Below are positions 10,223-18,610 of a DNA stretch of 64,000 bases, in pieces. Both the position numbers and the translations under genes were made by a program. The notes under the pieces are model-generated. The model saw nothing but the letters and a program-made list of their open reading frames with translations. It was not told the origin of the DNA and made no database searches. The DNA is taken from assembly GCA_002256345.1 (NCBI GenBank), contig NKIY01000004.1, positions 15,876 through 79,875 of the forward strand, in the 5' to 3' direction. The first letter of the stretch is position 1; every line of letters starts with the position of its first letter. This stretch comes from Bradyrhizobiaceae bacterium PARB1. GTDB lineage: Bacteria > Pseudomonadota > Alphaproteobacteria > Rhizobiales > Xanthobacteraceae.

Positions 10223-10422
10223 CGGGCGACCTCCTTGACTTTCAACAGAAAGTAGCAAAGTGAGGCACTGCGGTATATTTTTTTGAAAAACTTTTTTATT
10301 TTCTTTTGAAATCCAAAAATCGACGGCATTTCAAATAGATAATATTTTTCCGTTCTACGAAAAAAGATTTCCAAATATAGTTTCTGGGGCCGTTGAAACT
10401 CCGGGCCGCAGTGGAGGGTGGA
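10223..10422. promoter_or_regulatory. Strongly AT-rich divergent bhcA/bhcR control region with inverted repeat TTTGAAAT-N15-ATTTCAAA (10305-10335)
   Basis: Sharp compositional drop relative to the flanks. Perfect 8-bp inverted arms. Lies between divergent start codons, where an IclR-type operator and two promoters are expected. Confidence 0.5.
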
Positions 10423-11232
10423 ATGGAATCTGGCAATCGCAGGCGGGGTCGGCCGAAGAGCTTTGCTGGCCCAAAACCGGGAGGAAACATTCAGGCGCTT
10501 GATCGTGCGCTTGACGTGCTGACCGCCCTTGCCGGAGGGGGCGGCATGACGCTGTCCGAGCTTGCCGCCCAGCTCAACCAATCGGCCGCCACGATGTACC
10601 GGGTCTTGACGACTCTTGAGCGGCGCGCCTTCGTGGAAATGAGCGCTGATCGCCAGGAATGGTATGTTGGAGCCGAAGCTTATCGTCTGGGCTCTGCTTT
10701 CCTACGCCGCACCAACGTGATGGAGCGGAGCCGGCCAATTATGCGGAGGTTGATGCAGGAGACAGGGGAGACCTCCAATCTCGGCGTAGAGAGAGCTGGA
10801 AACGTGCTTTTCATCAGCCAAGTGGAAACTCACGAGTCGATTCGCGCCTTTTTCCCCCCCGGCACGCTCTCGCCGTTGCACGCCTCGGGCATCGGCAAGG
10901 CTCTGTTGAGCGCCTATGAAGACACGGAGCTCGACCGTCTTTTCCGGAACAGGCCACTCGAACGTTTCACGGACAAGACCATCGTCTCTCTGGCAGAATT
11001 GCACGAGAATCTTAGGCAGGCTCGCCAACAGGGATTTGCGTTCGACGATGAGGAACGCAAAACAGGAATGCGGTGTGTTGCCTCCCCGGTCCTGAATAAT
11101 CATGGCGAAGCGGTTGCCGGACTTTCTATTTCAGGGCCTACTCACAGGTTGACCGACGAGCACGTCGTTAAATTCGGCAATCTCGTGCGCGAGGGGGCGT
11201 CGGAAGTGTCACGCTCCCTTGGGGCAGCCTGA
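10423..11232 (+). CDS. bhcR: IclR family transcriptional regulator; position matches BhcR
   Basis: N-terminal wHTH (LDRALDVLTALA...LSELAAQLNQSAATMYRVLTTLERRAFVE) plus an IclR effector domain. ATG at 10423 follows GGAGGG; alternative starts are TTG 10393 and GTG 10411. Confidence 0.75.
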   Translation: MESGNRRRGRPKSFAGPKPGGNIQALDRALDVLTALAGGGGMTLSELAAQLNQSAATMYRVLTTLERRAFVEMSADRQEWYVGAEAYRLGSAFLRRTNVMERSRPIMRRLMQETGETSNLGVERAGNVLFISQVETHESIRAFFPPGTLSPLHASGIGKALLSAYEDTELDRLFRNRPLERFTDKTIVSLAELHENLRQARQQGFAFDDEERKTGMRCVASPVLNNHGEAVAGLSISGPTHRLTDEHVVKFGNLVREGASEVSRSLGAA

Positions 11233-11265
11233 CGGCTATCGCGCCGATGATGGATCGCGCCGCCT

Positions 11266-11490
11266 TCAAGCCGCGCTCGAATGTGATAGCGCGTCAAGTG
11301 CATGCGGCCTCGGGCCACCGGTGGCCCAGTCAAGCAACTCTGCCGTATGCACCACCGGGATTTGCGGGCCGGAGCTGATCTGCATCATGCAACCGATATT
11401 ACCGGCGCTGACGACATCGGGTTTCGTCGCTTCCAGCGTCGAGACCTTCAGCTGTTTCAGCTCGCTGGAGATCGCCGGCTGCAGGCAGCG
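11266..11490 (-). pseudogene. glcF: 3'-terminal fragment of glycolate oxidase iron-sulfur subunit gene glcF (about the last 70 codons only)
   Basis: Minus-strand translation LQPAISSELKQLKVSTLEATKPDVVSAGNIGCMMQISSGPQIPVVHTAELLDWATGGPRPHALD...* matches my recollection of the conserved GlcF C-terminus (GNIGC..Q, PV.H..ELLDWA). No upstream Cys-cluster region, no start codon, and no glcD/glcE nearby. Confidence 0.55.
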
Positions 11491-11580
11491 TGGTAGGCGC
11501 CGCGCAGCGTAAGGCGTGGACGGCGTCGCGCAGACCGATATCGGCCATCACCTCTGAGATGTCCCTCGCGAGCGCGCTAA

Positions 11581-11813
11581 GCCATCGCCGACCGGGATGG
11601 CAATACGCAGACCCGCCACTCTTGAGCGCATGTCGGTGAGGATACGTTGGATGAAATAGGCGATACGAGAACCTTCGCGGCGCATCGGCCGAACTACCCT
11701 GAACAGCAATGTTGCTCACCATTGTTACACAGCGAGGGAAAGCGCAACACACACTGATGGGACTTAACTTCTTGGAAATGCTCAACATCAAGAAGCCGAT
11801 GGTGCCCAGGGGC
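11581..11813. repeat. Direct repeat copy B (~230 bp), abutting and overlapping the 3' end of the intact tRNA-Phe
   Basis: Colinear with 5287-5518. Its last 14 nt (11800-11813) are the complement of the tRNA-Phe 3' end. Confidence 0.75.
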
Positions 11814-11875
11814 GGGATCGAACCACCGACACTGCGATTTTCAGTCGCATGCTCTACCAACTGAGCTACCTGGGC
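11800..11875 (-). tRNA. tRNA-Phe (anticodon GAA)
   Basis: Reverse complement GCCCAGGTAGCTCAGTTGGTAGAGCATGCGACTGAAAATCGCAGTGTCGGTGGTTCGATCCCGCCCCTGGGCACCA folds as a 76-nt cloverleaf. Anticodon loop CTGAAAA, encoded CCA. Confidence 0.92.
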
Positions 11876-12022
11876 GCCGACCCGGCAAGGCCGGGTGAGC
11901 GGCCGGTTTATAGTCAGGCAAATCGGCCCTGTCCACCCGCATGACAGCGATTTTACAGAGAGAATTTCGCCGTCAAAACAACGCCTAGCAGCAGGCCATG
12001 CAGCCGCGCGGCCGAGGCAGGC

Positions 12023-12205
12023 CTATTCACCGTCCTCATCATCGGTCGGACGGCCGGGAATCGCGTAATTGCCGGACAGCCAGCGATTGAGATCGACATC
12101 GCGGCAGCGCTCCGAACAGAACGGCTTCGAGGCTGCGACCGACGGCTCGCCGCAGATCGGACAGGGCTTCGCAGAACGTGCGGTCTCTTGGATCTTAGCT
12201 TGCAT
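12023..12205 (-). CDS. yacG: DNA gyrase inhibitor YacG (zinc-binding)
   Basis: 60 aa with CPICGEP...[14 protein letters not shown], the YacG zinc-ribbon signature. Overlaps the maf 3' end. Confidence 0.85.
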   Translation of the reverse strand: MQAKIQETARSAKPCPICGEPSVAASKPFCSERCRDVDLNRWLSGNYAIPGRPTDDEDGE

Positions 12206-12827
12206 TCAACCAGCCGAACCGGATCGGGAAACCCTCGCCACCGAGCAGCGAGACGGTTTCATACAGCGGCAGGCCGACCACGCCGGTATAGGAGCCGACC
12301 ATCTTCACCACGAAAGAGCCGGCAATGCCCTGGATCGCATAGCCGCCGGCTTTGCCGCGCCATTCGCCTGAACCGATATAGGTGTCGATGTCGTCCTCGT
12401 TCAACCGCTTGAAGCGGACACGGGTTTCGACGAGGCGCTGACGGAAGCCCTCTCTTGGGGTAACCAGGCAGATCGAGGTGTAGACGCGATGGTTGCGGCC
12501 GGACAACAGGCGCAGACACTGCGAGGCTTCGTCGACCAGTTCCGCCTTGGGCAGAATGCGGCGGCCAACGGCCACCACCGTATCGGCGGCGAGGATAAAA
12601 GCGCCGCGCAACTCGTCGTCGAGCTGGACGGACTTCAGCGCCGCCTCGGCTTTGGCGCGGGCCAGACGATTGGCGCAGGCGCGCGGCAATTCTCCACGGA
12701 TTGGGGTCTCGTCCACATCGGCCGGGCGCAGCGCATCCGGCTCGATGCCTGCCTGATTGAGCAGGCTGACACGGCGGGGCGAACCGGAAGCGAGAACGAA
12801 TTTGGGACGGCCGAGCATGCGGGGCAA
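12195..12827 (-). CDS. maf: Maf-like nucleoside triphosphate pyrophosphatase
   Basis: 210 aa. N-terminal LASGSPRR motif and overall Maf family similarity. Confidence 0.85.
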   Translation of the reverse strand: MPRMLGRPKFVLASGSPRRVSLLNQAGIEPDALRPADVDETPIRGELPRACANRLARAKAEAALKSVQLDDELRGAFILAADTVVAVGRRILPKAELVDEASQCLRLLSGRNHRVYTSICLVTPREGFRQRLVETRVRFKRLNEDDIDTYIGSGEWRGKAGGYAIQGIAGSFVVKMVGSYTGVVGLPLYETVSLLGGEGFPIRFGWLNAS

Positions 12828-12902
12828 TGATCCTGAAATTGCGGCCGGAACCTATCGGAAGGGGCGTGATGCGGCAACCGGTGGGAGATCACGAACTCCA
12901 CC

Positions 12903-13006
12903 TGTCATCGCCCGCGAAAGCGGGCAATCCAGTAGACACGGTCGCTCCGGTCTCAGCACAAAAAGCGGTGTTTGCTGGATCGCTCAGCCAAGCCGGGCGA
13001 CGACAA
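12903..13006. repeat. Intergenic palindromic repeat, family 'GTCATCGCCCG...GGGC(G/A)ATCCAGT'
   Basis: Related copies at 30977-31058 and 35794-35896. Paired hairpin-forming halves. Strictly intergenic. Confidence 0.6.
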
Positions 13007-13023
13007 GCAAGAGCATGGAGCGA

Positions 13024-13491
13024 TTACCCGCTTGCCGCGCCGCCTTTGGCAAACCGCTTCCGTATCCGCAGCAGCAGCCCGTCCATCACCTCACGATAGG
13101 CAGCAAGTTTCTGCTCGCGATTGCCCTGGGTATCGGTGGGATCGACGGTCGGCCAGTATTCCACATCCGCCGCCATGGTCCGCGTCAGGTCCAACGCCTT
13201 GTGATGCGCCTCCGGCGACAGGGTGATGATGAGATCGAAATTCATCCCTTCCCAGTCCTCGAGCTCTTCGAACGTCATGGGCCGGTGTTTCGAAAGATCC
13301 TGTCCCATTTCGGCCATCACAGCGACGACGAAAGGATCGAGCTCGCCCTTCTTCACACCGGCAGAGCGGACATAGAGCGTATGCGGGAACATCTGCTGCA
13401 GCAGGCCTGCTGCCATCGGCGAGCGGACGCTGTTCTGCCCGCAGGCGAACAGCACGGCTTGCGGCGTTCGCACACGAGGCGGCGCCGACAA
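13024..13491 (-). CDS. Low-molecular-weight protein-tyrosine-phosphatase / ArsC-like family protein
   Basis: P-loop CGQNSVRS (C-X5-R-S) near the N-terminus. 155 aa. The start is probably TTG at 13491, or a nearby GTG. Confidence 0.75.
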   Translation of the reverse strand: MSAPPRVRTPQAVLFACGQNSVRSPMAAGLLQQMFPHTLYVRSAGVKKGELDPFVVAVMAEMGQDLSKHRPMTFEELEDWEGMNFDLIITLSPEAHHKALDLTRTMAADVEYWPTVDPTDTQGNREQKLAAYREVMDGLLLRIRKRFAKGGAASG

Positions 13492-13494
13492 CGC

Positions 13495-13992
13495 TTAGCC
13501 CTTCCAATGAAGAACTGAGATGAGCGTAAACAGCCGCCGCGAGGTCTCGAAGTCGACGCGGACCTTGCCGGCCAGACGTTCCTGCAGCGTGCGCGAGCCT
13601 TCGTCATGGATACCGCGGCGGCCCATGTCGATGGCTTCGATCTTGTCCGGAGTCGCGGTGCGGATGGCCTGATAATAGCTGTCGCAGATCATGAAGTAGT
13701 CCTTCACGATCCGGCGGAAGGGCGTCAGCGAGAGCAAATGCGCGACAACCGGCGTGCCGTCTTCCTTGCGGATGTCGAACATCAGCCGGCTGCCGGTGAT
13801 GCCGATATGCAGCGTATAGGGACCGCCCACCGCGCCTTCCGGCGCGAACAGGTTTTCCTCGATCAGATCGTAGATCGCGATCGCACGCTCATGCTCGATG
13901 TCCGGGCCGGAACGGCCGATCGACTCCTCATCGAGCGTCACCGCCACGATGCGATTATCGGTGTCGTTCCCGGCTGCGGAGGAATCATTCAT
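13495..13992 (-). CDS. UPF0262 family protein
   Basis: MNDSS... start at 13992 overlaps the hisD stop; the track ORF extends further upstream into hisD. Conserved hisD-downstream partner in alphaproteobacteria. Confidence 0.75.
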   Translation of the reverse strand: MNDSSAAGNDTDNRIVAVTLDEESIGRSGPDIEHERAIAIYDLIEENLFAPEGAVGGPYTLHIGITGSRLMFDIRKEDGTPVVAHLLSLTPFRRIVKDYFMICDSYYQAIRTATPDKIEAIDMGRRGIHDEGSRTLQERLAGKVRVDFETSRRLFTLISVLHWKG

Positions 13993-15284
13993 TGCAGATT
14001 GAGACGTAACCCAACGGACCGTGCGTGGGCATCCAGACCTTCGGCCTTGCCCAGCGTCATCGCAGCCGGTCCCAGCGCTCGCAGCTGATCCGGCCCGCAC
14101 TTCAGGATCGACGTTCGCTTCATGAAGTCAAGCACGCCGAGGCCCGAGGAGAACCGGGCGGACCGCGCTGTGGGCAAGACATGGTTGGAGCCGCCGACAT
14201 AATCGCCTATGGCCTCCGGCGTATGGCCGCCGAGGAAGATGGCGCCGGCATTGCGGATTTTGGCCGCAAACGCATCCGGATCGGCGGTCATCACTTCGAG
14301 ATGTTCCGCGGCGATGGCATTGGCGAGCGGCACGGCGTCATCGAGCTGGTCGACCAGAATGATGGCACCGAAGTCCTCCCATGAGGCGCGGGCGATGTCG
14401 GCGCGCGGCAACGTGGCGAGTTGAGCCTCCACAGCGAGGACGACATCATCGGCCACACGTTTGCTGTCGGTGATCAGAATCGACTGCGCATTGACGTCGT
14501 GCTCAGCCTGCGCCAGCAGATCGGCCGCGATCCATTCGGCGTTCGCCGTGTCGTCGGCGACGACAAGCACTTCCGACGGGCCTGCAATCATGTCGATGCC
14601 GACGCGGCCGAACACCTGGCGCTTGGCGGCGGCGACATAGGCATTGCCGGGGCCGACGATCTTCGCCACCGGCGCAATGGTGCCGGTGCCATAGGCCAGC
14701 GCGGCCACGGCCTGCGCGCCGCCGACGCGATAGATTTCCGAGACGCCGCCGAGTTGTGCCGCGGCCAGCACGAGCGGATTGAGCTTACCACCGGGCGACG
14801 GCACGACCATCACGACACGATCGACGCCGGCGACCCTGGCCGGCACGGCATTCATCAGCACTGAGGACGGATAGGCGGCGGTACCGCCGGGCACATAGAG
14901 GCCGACCGCCTCGATGGCGCTCCAGCGCCAGCCAAGCTCGACGCCCGCAGCGTCGGTGAAGCGCTCATCCTTCGGCATCTGGCGCTTGTGGAACAGTTCG
15001 ATGCGATCACGCGCAAAACGGAGCGCGTCCACGGTTTCTTGATCGCAAGCCGCCACAGCGGCATCGATTTCGGCCGATGTGACCCGCAGGCCGGCAGCCG
15101 TGAGATCGAGCTTGTCGAACTTGCGGGTGGCGTCCAGCAGCGCATCGTCGCCGCGCGCCGCCACGTCATCCACGATCGCCCGGGTGGCCGCCTCGATATC
15201 GGCGGCAACCTCGCGCTTCATGGCGAGGAAGGCTTTGAAACGCTGAGCAAAATCGGCGCTGGCGGCATCGAGGCGAAGTGGCAT
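13989..15284 (-). CDS. hisD: Histidinol dehydrogenase
   Basis: 431 aa with full-length similarity to HisD (…AQAEHD…, …[13 protein letters not shown]…). Confidence 0.93.
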   Translation of the reverse strand: MPLRLDAASADFAQRFKAFLAMKREVAADIEAATRAIVDDVAARGDDALLDATRKFDKLDLTAAGLRVTSAEIDAAVAACDQETVDALRFARDRIELFHKRQMPKDERFTDAAGVELGWRWSAIEAVGLYVPGGTAAYPSSVLMNAVPARVAGVDRVVMVVPSPGGKLNPLVLAAAQLGGVSEIYRVGGAQAVAALAYGTGTIAPVAKIVGPGNAYVAAAKRQVFGRVGIDMIAGPSEVLVVADDTANAEWIAADLLAQAEHDVNAQSILITDSKRVADDVVLAVEAQLATLPRADIARASWEDFGAIILVDQLDDAVPLANAIAAEHLEVMTADPDAFAAKIRNAGAIFLGGHTPEAIGDYVGGSNHVLPTARSARFSSGLGVLDFMKRTSILKCGPDQLRALGPAAMTLGKAEGLDAHARSVGLRLNLQ

Positions 15285-15383
15285 TTTGGTATCCCGGCGG
15301 AGCTTGAAAGCGAGCTCCCCTGCTCAATGGCGCGGGTGGTGGGTGGCGTCAAGGTCGCGACAAGGCAGAATGGCGCGGCGTCT

Positions 15384-15533
15384 TACCCTCCCCCTTGTGG
15401 GGAGCGTCGGCCGAAGGCCGGGGTGGGAGTGCCCCACGTGACGTAAAGCTGGACGCTCACTTTGATCCACCCTGCCGGACGAATTTGTCCGCCAGACCCC
15501 GCTGCGCAACTTCGCCGCTTGGGGGAGGGATAA
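15384..15533. repeat. Intergenic palindromic repeat, family 'CCCCTTGTGGG(G)AG...CTCCCACAAGGGGAG'
   Basis: A second copy lies at 49488-49632. The outer arms are mutually complementary. Confidence 0.55.
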
Positions 15534-15539
15534 AAAGGG

Positions 15540-15980
15540 CTACGCCTCCAGATCCGACGCTTCCGTCTCGCCGCCGAGCTCATCCGGCCCCAAATCCGCC
15601 AATTCGCATTCGAGACATTCGACATCGAGCCGCAGCGCGCCACGACCATCGAACAGCAGCAGGGCGTTACCGCCCGGTGCTTCGCTCTCGTTGAACTCGA
15701 TGCCGAGCAGCTTCAATGCGACATCTCCACTTTCGAGATCGATATCGCGAGATTTGCAGGCCAGCACACGATCGAAGCGCAGCGCAGAGAGCAGCCGGCG
15801 CGGCGTCACGTTGCCCGAGATCGACTGATCCCAATCGAGCCGGTTCAAACCGATGACAAGACGCTTCTCGCTGGGACGCCAGACGATGTCGGCCACCCGC
15901 ACCTCGGCATCCTGCACATGCGCAGAGATCACCGCGAGGTCGTCCGCATCCAAAGCTATGAGTTTGCGTCGCCCCGTCAC
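15540..15980 (-). CDS. DUF2948 family protein
   Basis: ...KLIALDADDLAVISAHVQDAEVRVADIVWRPSEKRLVIGLNRLDW... The likely start is GTG at 15980; the track ORF start at 16121 runs through a REP element. Confidence 0.65.
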   Translation of the reverse strand: MTGRRKLIALDADDLAVISAHVQDAEVRVADIVWRPSEKRLVIGLNRLDWDQSISGNVTPRRLLSALRFDRVLACKSRDIDLESGDVALKLLGIEFNESEAPGGNALLLFDGRGALRLDVECLECELADLGPDELGGETEASDLEA

Positions 15981-16066
15981 GGTGCCCCTCGCCCTCTTGT
16001 CCCGGACGCCGCGCAGCGCGGTGCGCTGCAGAGCCGGGACCGTTACGAACCACGTCGCCTGTGACG

Positions 16067-16116
16067 GTCCCGGCTCTGCGAAGCAGCGTAGGAACGCTGC
16101 ATCGTGTCCGGGACAC
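16067..16116. repeat. Intergenic hairpin repeat, family 'GTCCCGG.TCTGCGAAGCAGCG...CGCTGCATCG.G.CCGGGAC'
   Basis: A near-identical copy lies at 29558-29610. Imperfect palindrome. Confidence 0.6.
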
Positions 16117-16126
16117 AGCAAGCGGA

Positions 16127-17416
16127 CTATCCGCTGATGCGCTCGATCTGCGCGCCGCAGGCCGACAGTTTTTCCTCAAGCCGCTCGAAGCCGCGATCGA
16201 GATGATAGATGCGGTTCACCATGGTCTCGCCTTCGGCGGCCAGCGCGGCGATCACCAGCGACACGGAGGCGCGCAGGTCGGTGGCCATGACAGGCGCACC
16301 GCGCAGCTTGGCGATGCCGTCGATGGTCGCAGTTTCGCCGTCGAGATGGATGCGGGCGCCGAAACGGGCCAGCTCCTGCACATGCATGAAGCGGTTTTCG
16401 AAGATCGTCTCGGTGATATGCGACGACCCCTTCGCCATGGTCATCAGCGCCATCAGTTGCGCCTGCAGATCGGTCGGGAAACCCGGGAACGGCGCCGTCG
16501 CCACGTCTACCGACTTGATGCCTGCACCGTTGCGCGCAACGCGGATACCCTCATTGTTCGGCGTCACCGTCGCACCGGCCTCGACGAGAACGTCGAGCGC
16601 CGACTGCAGCAGTTCCGGCCGCGCGCCTTCGAGCTGCACGTCGCCGCCGGTCATCGCCACCGCCATGGCATAGGTGCCGGTCTCAATCCGGTCCGGCAGC
16701 ACGGTGTGACGGGCGCCATGCAGCTTCGCTACGCCCTCGATCACGATGCGCGTGGTGCCGGCGCCGGTGATCCTCGCACCCATCTTGTTGAGGCAGTCGG
16801 CGACATCGACGATCTCGGGCTCGCAAGCCGCATTGGTGATGACCGTCGTGCCCTTGGCCAGGGTCGCCGCCATCAGCGCCACATGGGTACCGGACACGGT
16901 GACCTTCGGGAAGTCGATCTCGCCGCCCTTGAGGCCGTCGGGAGCCCGCACCACCACATAGCCGCCATCGATGGTGAGCTCGGCGCCCAGCTTTTCCAGC
17001 GCCATATTGAGCAGATCCACCGGACGCGTGCCAATGGCGCAGCCGCCGGGCATCGACACCCGGGCCTCGCGCATGCGCGCGACCAGCGGGGCGATCACCC
17101 AGAACGAGGCGCGCATTTTCGACACCAGCTCATAGGGCGCGGTGGTATCGATGATGTTGGCGGCAGAGATGTGCAGGGTCTGGCCCTGATATTCATGATC
17201 GCCCGGCCGCTTGCCGGCGGACATGATGTCAACGCCATGATTGCCGAGAATGCGCTGCAATTGCGCCACGTCGGCAAGGCGCGGGACGTTGTCGAGGATC
17301 AGCGTCTCATCGGTCAGCAGTGCGGCAATCATCAGTGGCAGCGCGGCGTTTTTCGCCCCCGAGATCGGGATGGTGCCATTGAGTTTGTTGCCGCCGACGA
17401 TGCGAATGCGATCCAT
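16127..17416 (-). CDS. murA: UDP-N-acetylglucosamine 1-carboxyvinyltransferase
   Basis: [29 protein letters not shown]... is the canonical MurA N-terminus. 429 aa. The track start at 17500 is an over-extension. Confidence 0.93.
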   Translation of the reverse strand: MDRIRIVGGNKLNGTIPISGAKNAALPLMIAALLTDETLILDNVPRLADVAQLQRILGNHGVDIMSAGKRPGDHEYQGQTLHISAANIIDTTAPYELVSKMRASFWVIAPLVARMREARVSMPGGCAIGTRPVDLLNMALEKLGAELTIDGGYVVVRAPDGLKGGEIDFPKVTVSGTHVALMAATLAKGTTVITNAACEPEIVDVADCLNKMGARITGAGTTRIVIEGVAKLHGARHTVLPDRIETGTYAMAVAMTGGDVQLEGARPELLQSALDVLVEAGATVTPNNEGIRVARNGAGIKSVDVATAPFPGFPTDLQAQLMALMTMAKGSSHITETIFENRFMHVQELARFGARIHLDGETATIDGIAKLRGAPVMATDLRASVSLVIAALAAEGETMVNRIYHLDRGFERLEEKLSACGAQIERISG

Positions 17417-17657
17417 ACTGATTCCCGCTGAATGCTGAGCCCCGTTTATAGGGCCAATGGGCCCGGGTCTAACAGACCCGGCAACGCAAAAGCTTCGCAT
17501 TTGCGGCTTTTCGATGGGAACGACCGGGAGGGAAAGGGCCGAATCGGCCCGATCTCTCGCTGTAAGCCGGAGTATGGGTTGAGCGGAGCGATAGCCATCC
17601 CCGCTTGCGTCAAGCCCGATGGGTATCGCTGCGGCGCTACACTGCGCTTAACCCATC

Positions 17658-18161
17658 CTACATGTTCATGCCGAGCGGCCGGAACCTGCGAACCGCCATG
17701 AATGTCAGCACCACGAACAGCACCAGCACGATCCCCTGCACGATGGCAAAAGGCGGCTCCGAGGGCGGCACGCTTGGCGCCAGTGCATGCAACGGCGGGA
17801 CCTTCAGGAAGCTCTGGATCACCAGCACGAAGATATTGAGATAGAGCGAGGTCATCGCAGTGACCACATAGATCCAGCGCCAGTGGCCGGCGAGCTTCTG
17901 GCCATAGAGTGCAAGGCAGGCGATGGCCAGCAGCACCAGCGAGATGATGCTGATGACATGAGATGGCAGCAGCTTCTCGACCGGAAACATGAGGCCGGTG
18001 ACGCTGGTGAGGATCGTGGTGAGCAGAAATGCGCCGGTCCAACCGGGTATCGGCCGCGATTTCAGCAGGCCGACCATGACGACGAGGCCGGTGACGATTC
18101 CGATCAGACTGATGATGACGTGAAGCAGCGTGAAGGTTGCGACGCTCAATCCCAAAGTCAT
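17658..18161 (-). CDS. Hypothetical integral membrane protein (4-5 TM helices)
   Basis: 167 aa, strongly hydrophobic with regularly spaced helices. No recognisable family. Confidence 0.6.
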   Translation of the reverse strand: MTLGLSVATFTLLHVIISLIGIVTGLVVMVGLLKSRPIPGWTGAFLLTTILTSVTGLMFPVEKLLPSHVISIISLVLLAIACLALYGQKLAGHWRWIYVVTAMTSLYLNIFVLVIQSFLKVPPLHALAPSVPPSEPPFAIVQGIVLVLFVVLTFMAVRRFRPLGMNM

Positions 18162-18289
18162 GATGCTCCCCCGATTTAGAACGACTCAAACTTAGGGTGC
18201 GATACTGACATTTGGCAACGGCCCGGCGACCGGTCCTTGCACGATTTACGACATTCCGCGCGACAGCCCAGCCGCATCATACCTGCACA

Positions 18290-18598
18290 TTAATAGTAGC
18301 GCGGGATCGGTCCGTTATGCGGGGTCATCCGGTCCGACAGGTCGAACATCACCTCGTCCACGTAACACCAGCCCCAGCCTTCCGGCGGGTCGTAGCCCTC
18401 GATGATCGGGTGCTTGGTCGCGTGAAAATGCTTGGTGGCGTGCTTGTTCGGCGACTGGTCGCAACAGCCGACATGACCGCAAGTCCGGCAGATGCGCAGA
18501 TGCAGCCATGGGCTGCCGAGCTTCAGACATTCTTCGCAGCCGAGCGCGCTCGGGATCACGGTGCGGATGCCGGAGACATGGGTGCAGCGGATCGTCAT
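18290..18598 (-). CDS. UBP-type zinc-finger domain protein
   Basis: 102 aa with C..C...C..C..H pattern CEECLKLGSPWLHLRICRTCGHVGCCDQSPNKHATKHFHATKH, typical of zf-UBP. Confidence 0.8.
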   Translation of the reverse strand: MTIRCTHVSGIRTVIPSALGCEECLKLGSPWLHLRICRTCGHVGCCDQSPNKHATKHFHATKHPIIEGYDPPEGWGWCYVDEVMFDLSDRMTPHNGPIPRYY

Positions 18599-18610
18599 CG
18601 TTTGCTTCTC

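Noticed and set aside
16061-17431. Very long ORFs antisense to well-supported genes: 16061..17431(+), 7155..8363(+), 27405..28481(-), 28460..29638(-), 34083..35336(-), 36954..38762(-), 41633..42475(-), 42784..43968(-), 52334..54277(+), 59521..61374(-).
   Set aside because: Mirror-strand open frames are expected in GC-rich DNA. Their translations are Arg/Gly/Asp/His-rich low-complexity sequences with no motifs, while the opposite strands encode unmistakable MurA, BioB, MFS, AtpB, CtaD, TldD and others.
18175-18191. TTTAGAACGACTCAAAC upstream of the membrane-protein gene resembles half of the Irr iron-control element (TTTAGAA-N3-TTCTAAA).
   Set aside because: Only the left half-site matches. 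The right half matches in about 4 of 7 positions, which is too weak to call.
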